64,000 bases of DNA from IMG/VR virus record IMGVR_UViG_3300025623_000002. The stretch is one strand, 5' to 3'. The position numbers and the translations under genes are program-made. Under the pieces are notes generated by a model, which saw only the letters and a list, made by a program, of their open reading frames with translations, had not been told where the DNA came from and did no database searches. Shown here piece by piece: positions 51,601 to 59,574 of the stretch (within the stretch, counting starts at the first letter, position 1; the number at the start of each line of letters is the position of its first letter). This DNA is from an uncultured virus (IMG/VR IMGVR_UViG_3300025623_000002) (lineage: Duplodnaviria; Heunggongvirae; Uroviricota; Caudoviricetes).

Positions 51601-52158
51601 TGAAACTATTCTAGTTACTTTAGCAAAGTGTGCATTAACAGAGTCAACTCCCTTACCGCTTGCAGTATCTAATATATCATGGTTTAAAATTATAAAATAA
51701 TCATAATCTTCTATATCTAAACCTACTCTATCAGTAGGAAAGTCCGAACTAGGATGATAAGTTGCTCGCAAGTTAGTAGCAATATTATTAACAGTTTCGT
51801 CAGCAAAATTAGAATCATATATTTTTACTTTGAAAGAAGGAGTTGTTTCTTTGTTTGTAGTGGCTACTATTTTCGTTTGAACTGTACCATCCTTTCTAGG
51901 TGCTTTTCTTATTTCTGTATGAATTATAGAAGAGAATGGGTTAGTATTACTTTCTATTTTATAATCAGTTTCATTTTCTAAACCTGCTGTATATAATGTA
52001 GGGTTAACTGAAACATTTTTAAATGCCTTTGCTTTATTATTAGTACTGTTTCTATCAGTATAAACATTAGACCCATTGCTAATAGTTATCTCAGTTTCAC
52101 TAACACCTATATTTAATGGAAATAACATTCTACCCGAATAAGACACTTCACTCACCAA
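45601..52158 (-). CDS. Large tail tip / baseplate hub protein (2185 aa)
   Basis: Hub-like segments (FNGNVEDIE..YTISGRD; NKVIVIG...LEAGDIL); position after tape measure. Confidence 0.7.
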   Translation of the reverse strand: MVSEVSYSGRMLFPLNIGVSETEITISNGSNVYTDRNSTNNKAKAFKNVSVNPTLYTAGLENETDYKIESNTNPFSSIIHTEIRKAPRKDGTVQTKIVATTNKETTPSFKVKIYDSNFADETVNNIATNLRATYHPSSDFPTDRVGLDIEDYDYFIILNHDILDTASGKGVDSVNAHFAKVTRIVSFDEFGDGVEFSPKYNGDIPKGTTFEIYKGAAKTDTDLVAVSYGLRGDNSATTDKYDKICNVNTPTFYFYNDRLKEKDQLDYNEKYTVTSTRVWDDDDVIVATDFVTAGVPNGSITQYEVGSTGKYFIVSSDDYDKLQEGMAIFNGTNYLGNVELKYTVTSYHRFYLDFYRHSTPLAATNVNFNLRIGTTIQNVVFKTESKYNNTIQNLGRNNLDAILVDNTLIDDEDDSNFDPLYWNKAFPLMKRSLTDANSFSGNVWTNSENLNGAIKYITFESAQLKNDKIPTTLDTIVNNPKNKMSKMATVVTLDNSGTQHLKVKEDSKMVVRNGLYSDTLKLKKIEHTVSSSSNTITINGLTGEYDYASILADNTIVEIDGYHYIIASVSTRNYTLTTQTFTIDARKTVNSSVFVGGSTVHSFSSVDCYVVPYSNNKLNVEFAADTEVRHDQSDRLTLENRTVEVKNTKLYNARLSITNKSGHDVRVNYGDRTHKYLTILDSTKQYYQKTPISRMYYYNGSYTLNEEVFNGNVEDIESKNESGMMTYTISGRDEIANLLTTTVNKNLNFTDDIVYSTLNPHIDNFSSPVNSDGAVTKDVSTSITIDGAFTFKKYMLFFNSSYELIGEYSSSTQSGIDPNTTTTIILKDKAYVSSSNNTNIYYYNPLDTSSRFISGVKALATNVTETTRPTDFTNTSEKGLVFNEGLNFTYNSTYNTFTYLDLKLTSNNGSFEIDGSYGYDILKPSNIVKRIKSDNSIVDEDMPSSTYLLKIGKEKETNIEYTQKNIVSSEMFHVVDVNDVNDSKNIVTIAPNFPVVLGTQDNNSTDTRFLSSTNSDSVANYHAGFYLLNSNLHTGGFIHKFKSQFQHYFAPEDTFKFVDLQSFSNNTLIPYDNYTNSWSRIYQNANRKHKIKGYTTGVKLLPNGTRDSRTTNASDLNWFNRADGTKNVDTTIFDSNLSDDTNIKDLVTNDWRARPYSLYATGDLYPSSKLRFNNLSFSNNSLSDYGLLFEDKGTKGTQVNHNHIGKTQSTIRDDNDYELSEIQTATKTTNQIKRWGIVRLVEATFDWHFNSVDAESVKGIDEIDEIDIPRYIKYNSASSPLSASDLTSYNLLTQKENKMDKLLTVIEHVTNDNRISQPLNMTRIYMLTPNFTTNYFDYALLSENTDYGGNTQSGNATYDPPNILLPLISEGTLETLGSFDIITSSAFHLEKITSSSNTIQRKHVSKVLSALSKPYTPNHSSIDDVNPYGINWPSKDIYDNCTAIFKDMKSSKDGSSTTLDITSSPLELDVFPSLHSELGARLENGQPTGNIIENKATNNVNSSKNMVFIGTKTRHYPFDSREGYTISTTTEPSHADSAGTNGEMYSAQMFLKPQFNITTASSAITSVQFTMNTSSTHHWLNFVPNLTGYYIVSNRTINSANHFPTSETLSGSQRVVSKGTPNYIGKILSHTVSGQVHTLTFDKAILNSTDGTYFRLMRLSDTVFEETPDYFEVNVMQDSGLDYNTVPKNLRTGDVSSKNQFGEGIYSMYMLLNIDETNTYLERRDLANISSSLFSNGDEINCYITDGNNSQTKSLTITFDDGSSDANNRALKFEYDGELNGDGCVSFGETIDVTIPKKLSIIPTKCYLGTTFSIGGIVENEIENIAKEAELDVNYEQSLRDYTTNLVDRNTDGSAKITGNVITCVEKPIDVIVGDVLYTQEGYLVGKVTSISNITITIDGIIFVPSAYDELIRRQRKTHVSNVRFEDTDSFSAINFLANKRGLDYKISNGEIIAKNIEDVHGLRKYSINYKSGHNLVKVESNKSLFDKANKVIVIGDGVKAEAEMPTKGRTRTIRHIDSSIKSLSDAKIKAHQLLQIHNADVRKIKLKIQKEGLELLEAGDILTLDFPNHDIPINDYQVFEIENILSGVATITVGTFNKTIAERLGELSSTQTRSTFTLFGKNSVQSVVGKSVFDSFSIKNNTIEYKISTTNSNLGFNNILGFTTLLGFGSGSTTLKTYKSEKDV

Positions 52159-53221
52159 ATGTATAATAAAATAAAATATTACTGTAACTAGGAGTTAAAG
52201 TATTAAGTGTTAAACTAGGTTCTTTTCCTTTATGCATGGAGATTTCAAATAATTCTCCCATAAATTGTTCGCTAATTAAAGTACCTTTACCAATTCTAGA
52301 CTCTCCACTATTTGTTGTATTATCAAATTCAAATGCAGGTACAGAAATAGTTTGAGTTTTAATAGATTGATTATTAACATAAAGTTCTATTTCTCCGTTC
52401 TTCCTGTAAGAACATGAAACCTTGTAAATTTCTTCTAAATACATTGCTTCTCTAGGTTGAGAAATATAAATTGATACTCCCGATAAAGAGGAAGAAGAAT
52501 TAAGTGTAGTATTTGAGCCGCTTTTACTAATCACTTTTCCTAAACTAACACCACTACTATTGAATATTTCAGTACCGCCACTACTATGCGCTCCTAATTC
52601 AGCCATTTTAGTAGAATAACTACTACCAAAAGTTAGCGTAGCACCGGAAATAGTAGCGTCAGAAGCCAATTCAGTAAGACTAGTAGTGTGTTTTTGGTAA
52701 TAACCATCTTCATCATAATAACCATGTAAAGTATTAACCGATGTTATAATCGGACTATCACTAGAAATAGTAGTAGTTAATCCTGATGTATTAGTAAAAT
52801 CAACACATAGTTTATATTCAGCAGGTTGATTATAATTAGTAGTTGTAGTATTTTGTAAATAAAATTTAAAATTATTATTGTGAAATAACATCATTTTATG
52901 AGAAAGGCGATTTGTTATATGATTTGTATAATCCCCTGTACCAAAGTATCTAGAACTTTGAAACCCACTTTCAGTTTCATCTTCGGCAGGACTAGGTGGA
53001 GTTTTTGTTGATGTTTTAGTATCTATATCATCAGAAGCATGACCATTACCATTAACGTCATATGGCGTTATAATTGCTTCAATGGTAAAACTATCAGAGT
53101 GATTCCAGAAGTTGCCTCTAGACGTGCCTGTGCCTACTGTATCGGCATCTAATTTTAAATAACCATCACACATAACAGGAAATACTAATGCTTTAGAATT
53201 TCCAATATAAACATTAGCCAT
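52148..53221 (-). CDS. Tail protein with a LamG/concanavalin-like domain
   Basis: FTIEAII...IELYVNN...IG...FMGELFEI pattern. Confidence 0.65.
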   Translation of the reverse strand: MANVYIGNSKALVFPVMCDGYLKLDADTVGTGTSRGNFWNHSDSFTIEAIITPYDVNGNGHASDDIDTKTSTKTPPSPAEDETESGFQSSRYFGTGDYTNHITNRLSHKMMLFHNNNFKFYLQNTTTTNYNQPAEYKLCVDFTNTSGLTTTISSDSPIITSVNTLHGYYDEDGYYQKHTTSLTELASDATISGATLTFGSSYSTKMAELGAHSSGGTEIFNSSGVSLGKVISKSGSNTTLNSSSSLSGVSIYISQPREAMYLEEIYKVSCSYRKNGEIELYVNNQSIKTQTISVPAFEFDNTTNSGESRIGKGTLISEQFMGELFEISMHKGKEPSLTLNTLTPSYSNILFYYTFGE

Positions 53222-53233
53222 TTTACTACCTCA

Positions 53234-53932
53234 TCAATCAAAGAAATTATCGCCTATTACTTTCGCTTCTTCAAAATCTAAAGTAAATCCAATACTAGGA
53301 AATTCAGTGGCTATTATATTTGTAGTAAATGAACGAACAAAACCAGTTACTCCTGTATGATTTTCAGTTTTTTCAGCAGCCTTAAAAATAGATGATTGGT
53401 CATTCATAGTATTGCCTGTTCCCATTGTAAAATTATTATCATAGGCTCTGTTCTTCCACGAAAAAGGTATAATTGGTAGTGTTTCTATTGAAGTATTTGC
53501 ATCAACATTTGTTCTATAATTAAATTCATTATTAACCCTACTAGGATAAAAAAACAAAATTTTACTTATATTTTGGTCATCCTGTAAAGAACTTGAATCA
53601 ACATAAGAATGTATTAATTGTGCCAATTCAAATGAAGTCATAACAACCTCTTTTGCATCGGCTGTTCCTGATTGTTTCTTAATAGTCTGCTCAACTAATG
53701 TTCCCGACAAAGACATAGTTTTGGATGATAACCCCATATCAAATGCTAAATTAAGAGATTCCCCTCTAACTGCACCTGATAATGGAACTCCCATATTTGG
53801 AACAGTTTTAGTAGTCATAATATTTACAGAGTCAACATGCAAAGGAATTCTATTTATTATGGCATCATCACCAATTTCATTCCTTCTAGATAATTCTAAC
53901 ATTACCATGTTATTAGGGTCTAGTGCGCTCAA
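53234..53932 (-). CDS. Putative distal tail protein
   Basis: Position right after tape measure; beta-rich 232 aa. Confidence 0.55.
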   Translation of the reverse strand: MSALDPNNMVMLELSRRNEIGDDAIINRIPLHVDSVNIMTTKTVPNMGVPLSGAVRGESLNLAFDMGLSSKTMSLSGTLVEQTIKKQSGTADAKEVVMTSFELAQLIHSYVDSSSLQDDQNISKILFFYPSRVNNEFNYRTNVDANTSIETLPIIPFSWKNRAYDNNFTMGTGNTMNDQSSIFKAAEKTENHTGVTGFVRSFTTNIIATEFPSIGFTLDFEEAKVIGDNFFD

Positions 53933-55554
53933 AAGTTATTCACCACCGAACCGGTTCTATTCATTCTAAGGTTAATTTCTCTAGCAACCTTATTTGCTAT
54001 ATCTCGTATCTCTGTATCGGAAGCACCAACTCTACCATTAACATTAACATTAATTGTATTACCACCTGAGCCGCCCATCATTCCTTTACTATCTGCATTA
54101 GAATGTACTCTTGAGCCTCTTGGTAGAGATACTAATTCTGCACCTCTTTCTCCAACTAATTGCATATTAGAATTAACTACCCCGCCTGTACTAAATGGAT
54201 TAATTGCCGCTACTAAAATACCTCCTAATGTCCATGCTAGTATAACAGGTAAAGAATAAATAGCAATACCAAGATATGTTAAAGCACCAAGTACTAAACC
54301 TATTGAAATCATTATCCCTGCTATTGTATCTACTGTTGTTGCTCCACCTTCTAATAAAGATTCTAATATTTCTCCTAAAATAGATATAACTGATATAAAT
54401 GATAACCAAACAAGCCCCCCTAATACTTGAAGTGCTAATTTTAGAATATTAGCACCAATTAAAATTATCCCCCCAACAACCATTAAAAAATCACCCTGAA
54501 CAAACCCATCGTATAATAAATAGAAAGCACCTACTAAATCACTAATGGTATTCATTATTCCACCTAACACAAAATTAATTTCTTCTTTAATAGTAACCCA
54601 TGCTTCTATTAATGGTTCTTTTAATAATTGGAATGCTTTTCTAATAGCAAATAGAGTCAATACAATAATTGCAAACCATTTCATTGCTGTTTTAAAGAAA
54701 TTCCACCCTGATTTAAGATAGCCCTTGAAGTTCTTTCTTATCTTTGTGAAAAAATCAAACAATAGCACTTGTTTTTCAATTACCCCTTTCCTAAACTCAG
54801 AAAACTCCTTTTGTTTATCAAAATATTTTTGCAACCCCTTTCTTCCACTGAGCCAATTAGTAATTTTACCTTCTTTCTTAGGTTTCTTATTTTGTCTTTC
54901 TGTAATTATGTTATCCATATAACGTTTCTTTTCTAATGTTCCAGCCGCTTCTTCTTTTCTATCCTCAATTTGTTTAAATTGTCTTTCTGTAATTTCTTTG
55001 GTGTAATTTAATACTTCTTTCATATCATCTAAATTTTTAGTATCAATACCCTTCTCACCAAAAAGAAGATATTCTACTCCATCAAAACCCTTAAAAGAGT
55101 TTCTTAAAGTTTCCACCATATTTTTTGCTTTTTTAAGTCCAGTTGCTCCATCATTCAAACTATTAAAAAAATCCTTATCATATAATTTTTTAAATGGCTT
55201 CATTGCAGTTTCCATTTCTCGTACTTCCAATAAGGCTTCCATTGCCTTCATTGCTTCTTCCGTTGATGCCGTTTGTTTCTTATGATATTCGTTTATTATA
55301 GTGAAACCTGCTCTAACTTTATTTTGTAATTGCCAAAAAGTAGGAAGAATACCCGAAGCCAATCTACTGATAACACCTAACGCTTTAGAACCTGCTAAAG
55401 TATCAATAGTCTTTTGAAACCCAGTTTGAGAACCCGACAAAGCCTCCGTTGCCCTTTTTACATCATATAATTTTGCAGTGAATACATTGGCTTCTTTAGC
55501 CGCTTCAATAAAGATAGAGCGAAAGTTATCAATCTCATTGTTATTTGAAACCAT
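53929..55554 (-). CDS. Tail tape measure protein
   Basis: Helical with hydrophobic stretches; FSTGG...LVGERGAELV..P.GS.V motif; follows the chaperone. Confidence 0.8.
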   Translation of the reverse strand: MVSNNNEIDNFRSIFIEAAKEANVFTAKLYDVKRATEALSGSQTGFQKTIDTLAGSKALGVISRLASGILPTFWQLQNKVRAGFTIINEYHKKQTASTEEAMKAMEALLEVREMETAMKPFKKLYDKDFFNSLNDGATGLKKAKNMVETLRNSFKGFDGVEYLLFGEKGIDTKNLDDMKEVLNYTKEITERQFKQIEDRKEEAAGTLEKKRYMDNIITERQNKKPKKEGKITNWLSGRKGLQKYFDKQKEFSEFRKGVIEKQVLLFDFFTKIRKNFKGYLKSGWNFFKTAMKWFAIIVLTLFAIRKAFQLLKEPLIEAWVTIKEEINFVLGGIMNTISDLVGAFYLLYDGFVQGDFLMVVGGIILIGANILKLALQVLGGLVWLSFISVISILGEILESLLEGGATTVDTIAGIMISIGLVLGALTYLGIAIYSLPVILAWTLGGILVAAINPFSTGGVVNSNMQLVGERGAELVSLPRGSRVHSNADSKGMMGGSGGNTINVNVNGRVGASDTEIRDIANKVAREINLRMNRTGSVVNNF

Positions 55555-55558
55555 AATA

Positions 55559-55774
55559 TCACTTCTGTTTCATTTTTTCCATTTCTTCTGCTTCTATTTT
55601 CTTAACTTCGCCATGTATTTCTAACATTTGTTTTACAAGAATTGCAGGAGTACAGTATGCCTCTAAAGGACTAATACTGAAAGTTGTTGAGTATGTATAT
55701 ATCATTATTCGTGAAACAATATTTGGTGGAACTTCTCCACCTTTTAATGCTCTACGAATTAACTTTCGTTTCCC
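55559..55774 (-). CDS. -1 frameshift extension of the tail assembly chaperone (gpGT-like)
   Basis: 72-codon open -1 frame from the slippery site GGGAAAC to TGA just before the tape measure start. Confidence 0.8.
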   Translation of the reverse strand, partial: GKRKLIRRALKGGEVPPNIVSRIMIYTYSTTFSISPLEAYCTPAILVKQMLEIHGEVKKIEAEEMEKMKQK

Positions 55775-56139
55775 GTATCATCCCCCATCATATCGGTGAA
55801 AGGATTAGGGAGAATTTCTTTTAATTGTGCGCCAACATAAGGGCTAAGTCGTAGTAAATCAACAGACGATAAAACTGGGTCTGTTTTTTCAACAAAATTT
55901 TCAACCATGAACTTATACATCTTATTCAAATCTAAATCAAAAGATTGAGTTTTTGAATCAATTTTCATCACGCTTGATAACGCTTGTTCTACCTGTAACC
56001 AAGTTGGTTCTTTAATCCAAACTTGTAGGTATTCATCAGATTCAGGTTCAACCCGTATATGATGGCATTCTGTATTTACTGCGGCAAATAGCCGGCTCTT
56101 ATCTGTTATCGCTTTTTTTTCTTCTACCATATTTTCCAC
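55759..56139 (-). CDS. Tail assembly chaperone (gpG-like)
   Basis: 126 aa between tail tube and tape measure; ends ACG GGA AAC GAA AGT TAA. Confidence 0.8.
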   Translation of the reverse strand: MENMVEEKKAITDKSRLFAAVNTECHHIRVEPESDEYLQVWIKEPTWLQVEQALSSVMKIDSKTQSFDLDLNKMYKFMVENFVEKTDPVLSSVDLLRLSPYVGAQLKEILPNPFTDMMGDDTGNES

Positions 56140-56222
56140 CTAACTAATACTAACTAACAAACAAACAAATGTGTTAGTGGAATGTGATAATGAACTATTA
56201 TTTAATTAAATAGTCCTCCGTA

Positions 56223-57758
56223 TTAATGCATTAAAGCCCATTTACCTTTATATTGTGCATTGGATAATGTTCTTGCTGATGCTGTGAATGCTACTTCTAT
56301 TGCTCCTTTATCTTCAGGGAATGGGATATCAACAGTACTGAGTATAAAATCTGTTAATGTTAATGTAATAAATTCTTCTGTTTCTTTTGTAAAGTTCACA
56401 ACAATATTACCTGTTGATTCGTTATCCTTTCTCAACTCATCCCATAATGTTGTATCTGTAATTAGTGCCGTCATTGAAACTTCATATGTTCTTTGTGCAG
56501 GTATATGTTCATTCATAACTTGCCTACTTGTATTTCCAATATATCTTTGAGGGGTTATGTTATTATTAATAGTAATAGAACCTGATTTAATCCTTGCATA
56601 TGTTTGACTGAATACTTCTAAAGCACCGTCTGAAAACATAAATGGATAATTATCAGAATCAGTAACACTAAAGTTTTTCAAACCACTAGGAGTTAGAACT
56701 CCATTGTGAGGAATGTAATTATTAGCGGTATCAGTAACAACATCATATGCCCTTCTAGTAACTAAATCTAAACTTGTTTTTAACTCCATACCTTCTTCAA
56801 AATTAAGAGTCAATGTATTAACTTGGCATCCTGTAAAGATACGAGAAAATATGTTTTCATGTGGGGTCAGATTATCAACGGCAGTGGTTGCAGCCACACC
56901 TGCTTTTCTATAAGATACATCTAACCCAAAAGACGGTAAAGATGCTCCATTGGATTCATCAAAGGTATAGGTTAAAACACTAGTAGTTCCCATTTCATGA
57001 TAATTGGCTAAATCACTAATACTAGTAGCAGGTGTAGTATCAGTAGTATTTGTTGAAAGAGGCGGGTATTCAGCACCACCCGCAATTGGAACTCTAACTA
57101 AACCTTGTGAAACATCATTAGCAATGAACTTATTATTAGTCGATGAAGTCCAATCAACAGCATTATTGGTAATTCCTAATCCTGTTACTTTTCCTAAAGC
57201 ATAATACAACCAAGAACCATTATTTAATGATAAATCTAAAGAGCCACCACTAACAGTTTCAGCACCTCTAAATTGTAAAGCAAGATTTCTAGTATTTCCA
57301 CCCATTAAAGCCAGTTGTGTAACTGGTGCATCAACGCTTGGTGGAGAAAAGGAATTAACTAACCCTAACCAATTATCAGATAATAGTTTTTGGTTAGTAG
57401 TTGAAGGTGCAATAACAGGCGCACCGAATGATAATAATTTAACATCTACATTTTCTGTACCGATTGCTTCCATATCAGAAACATTTGAATCAAAAGTAAA
57501 ACTATTTTCAGTATTTGATGTAACCGTTACATAGTAAACTACTGCGGGAGTAGCAGAATCAGTAACTTTCGCTCTGCATCCAACATATAAATCAGTCAAA
57601 AACTTAAACTTATCACTATCGGCAGTAGCCAAAACTGCAATATTTAAATCGGTATTTCCAGCAGCCCAAGTAACTACCATACTATCAAAATACATATCCA
57701 TTTCCGGCACTAATGTAGCCATTGTCCCTGCGCCTACAAATACTTCATTACTTACCAT
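56223..57758 (-). CDS. Major tail (tube) protein
   Basis: 511 aa; FTGCQVNTLTLNF and SITINNN..P patterns; canonical position; GGGTGA RBS. Confidence 0.75.
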   Translation of the reverse strand: MVSNEVFVGAGTMATLVPEMDMYFDSMVVTWAAGNTDLNIAVLATADSDKFKFLTDLYVGCRAKVTDSATPAVVYYVTVTSNTENSFTFDSNVSDMEAIGTENVDVKLLSFGAPVIAPSTTNQKLLSDNWLGLVNSFSPPSVDAPVTQLALMGGNTRNLALQFRGAETVSGGSLDLSLNNGSWLYYALGKVTGLGITNNAVDWTSSTNNKFIANDVSQGLVRVPIAGGAEYPPLSTNTTDTTPATSISDLANYHEMGTTSVLTYTFDESNGASLPSFGLDVSYRKAGVAATTAVDNLTPHENIFSRIFTGCQVNTLTLNFEEGMELKTSLDLVTRRAYDVVTDTANNYIPHNGVLTPSGLKNFSVTDSDNYPFMFSDGALEVFSQTYARIKSGSITINNNITPQRYIGNTSRQVMNEHIPAQRTYEVSMTALITDTTLWDELRKDNESTGNIVVNFTKETEEFITLTLTDFILSTVDIPFPEDKGAIEVAFTASARTLSNAQYKGKWALMH

Positions 57759-57769
57759 TTTTAATCACC

Positions 57770-58297
57770 CTATGTATTACGACCGAACCGCTTCATTTCA
57801 ACTGATAACTTATACCCTAATAGTCTTTTACCCCTATCATTGGCTTCACTTCTACTCATCAATTTTAGTAACTCAGCACTTTCTTCTATTGTTCCTGAAG
57901 TACCGCCACCAACATACACAGTTGGTCGTAAAGAGTTGTGTTCTAAAATGTATCGTGCAATTCTATACAATGCTTGTAGTCTATCTCTAGAAAAAGTAAT
58001 TGTTGGGAAATCTCTTCTATGTAAAACCCTCATGTGTAAGGTAAATGTGAAAGTTTCATTTCTAACTGCATAATCTATGGTAGGATATTCAATATTAGCA
58101 CTCTCTTCAAAGACAATTATAACTTCTTGTGAATCTACATCTACTCTTCTTCCGGTTTTAGGTTCTATTGAACGAACATCAATAAATTTAGGAGTTACTG
58201 CATGACTCGATATTATACTACCATTGCTCGTTAAAGTAGAGGCAGTTGCAGCCCAATTATCATTTAATAAACGAATAATAAAAGTTACTTCATCCAT
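57770..58297 (-). CDS. Putative tail completion/terminator protein
   Basis: 175 aa immediately upstream of the tail tube. Confidence 0.55.
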   Translation of the reverse strand: MDEVTFIIRLLNDNWAATASTLTSNGSIISSHAVTPKFIDVRSIEPKTGRRVDVDSQEVIIVFEESANIEYPTIDYAVRNETFTFTLHMRVLHRRDFPTITFSRDRLQALYRIARYILEHNSLRPTVYVGGGTSGTIEESAELLKLMSRSEANDRGKRLLGYKLSVEMKRFGRNT

Positions 58298-58491
58298 ACA
58301 CTTAACTCCTTTTCAACATCTTTAACCAATTCTTTAGTAAGTATATCTATTGCATTATCTAAAATATTATCTTCAGAAAAACTAATGTCGAAGCCCAATT
58401 CAGTTTCTAATTCTTTAAGAATAAGATTACGTTCTTCTTGTATTCTTATTAATTCTGTTAATCTTTTAGAATAATTTTTCATAATAATCAC
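58285..58491 (-). CDS. Hypothetical protein
   Basis: 68-aa ORF coupled to both neighbours. Confidence 0.6.
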   Translation of the reverse strand: MIIMKNYSKRLTELIRIQEERNLILKELETELGFDISFSEDNILDNAIDILTKELVKDVEKELSVWMK

Positions 58492-59564
58492 GAAATAAAA
58501 TGTATTATATTCTTTTTCCCATTAATAATATCATTTGCTTCTTCTAATAAAATATCATGTTTAGTTTTTAAATCTATATTAGAACCTGTTTCTGCAATCA
58601 ATATAGAATTATCATCATGTCGAATTACTTCTGCCGCAACTAATTTAGTAGTCGCCTCATGTATTCCGGCTGGAACTCTACCATCACCTGCAACATATGT
58701 AACTCTAATAGAATGATTTTGAACATATGGGAATTGTTTATGGAAAAATATCTTTCCTTCATGGTTTATCATCCAATAATCACCCATTCTATTTTGGTCT
58801 TGGTTGTCGGTAAATCCTGTAACCGTACCGAAATTAGAAGTAAGATTACATGCCGAACCATCTTCTCCTAACAGTAGTGAAGATATTATTACATTACCAC
58901 CATTTTCTGAATCAACCGTAGCATAAAAGAAATCTGAAATATTTACATTAGAATTACCATTAGCAGTAACAGATTTAGCAGCAACTTCACCTGTAAATTT
59001 TGCTGTCTTATGTGGGAAAACTTCATTGATTGCATCTACTATTTGACTAGCAGTTGTCTTAGTACCAAAATTATCATAAAAATGTGTACTCTCTACTAAA
59101 TTAAAAGTATAGGTTCCGACAGTTAATGATATAGTCCAAGCACTAGTTGTTACTGTTGTAGGCAAGGTTAGTTTAGCAGTAGCAGATGCTAAATCTTTAT
59201 ATTCGCTACCTTGCCAAACTTCTAATCTAACTAACTTTTGAATTCTTGGTTGTGATAATTGGACAAACCCAACATAATCTTTCCATATAGATACAGGATA
59301 TGCACCTTGATTCCAACCATCAAAAGAAAAATATTCATCTCTATGTATAATAGGTCTGTATGATTGTCCGATTTTATCGTCTACTTTCTCTTCTGCTCTC
59401 TTAATTAATTTACCTAATTCGGCTCTTGTAGGAGTAGTGGTATCACTAAATGCACTAATTTGTAATAAATTAGAAACGTCAGTGTGAGTAGTATAATGTC
59501 CAAAACCAATATTATAATTTACATCAATATTTGTGAAATCACTAGGAGAGGAAACTTTTACCAT
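58488..59564 (-). CDS. Putative head-tail adaptor / neck protein
   Basis: YTT..DV..LL N-terminus; IRVTYVAG..VPAGIHEATTKLVA C-terminus typical of adaptor proteins. Confidence 0.7.
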   Translation of the reverse strand: MVKVSSPSDFTNIDVNYNIGFGHYTTHTDVSNLLQISAFSDTTTPTRAELGKLIKRAEEKVDDKIGQSYRPIIHRDEYFSFDGWNQGAYPVSIWKDYVGFVQLSQPRIQKLVRLEVWQGSEYKDLASATAKLTLPTTVTTSAWTISLTVGTYTFNLVESTHFYDNFGTKTTASQIVDAINEVFPHKTAKFTGEVAAKSVTANGNSNVNISDFFYATVDSENGGNVIISSLLLGEDGSACNLTSNFGTVTGFTDNQDQNRMGDYWMINHEGKIFFHKQFPYVQNHSIRVTYVAGDGRVPAGIHEATTKLVAAEVIRHDDNSILIAETGSNIDLKTKHDILLEEANDIINGKKNIIHFIS

Positions 59565-59574
59565 AGTATTACAC

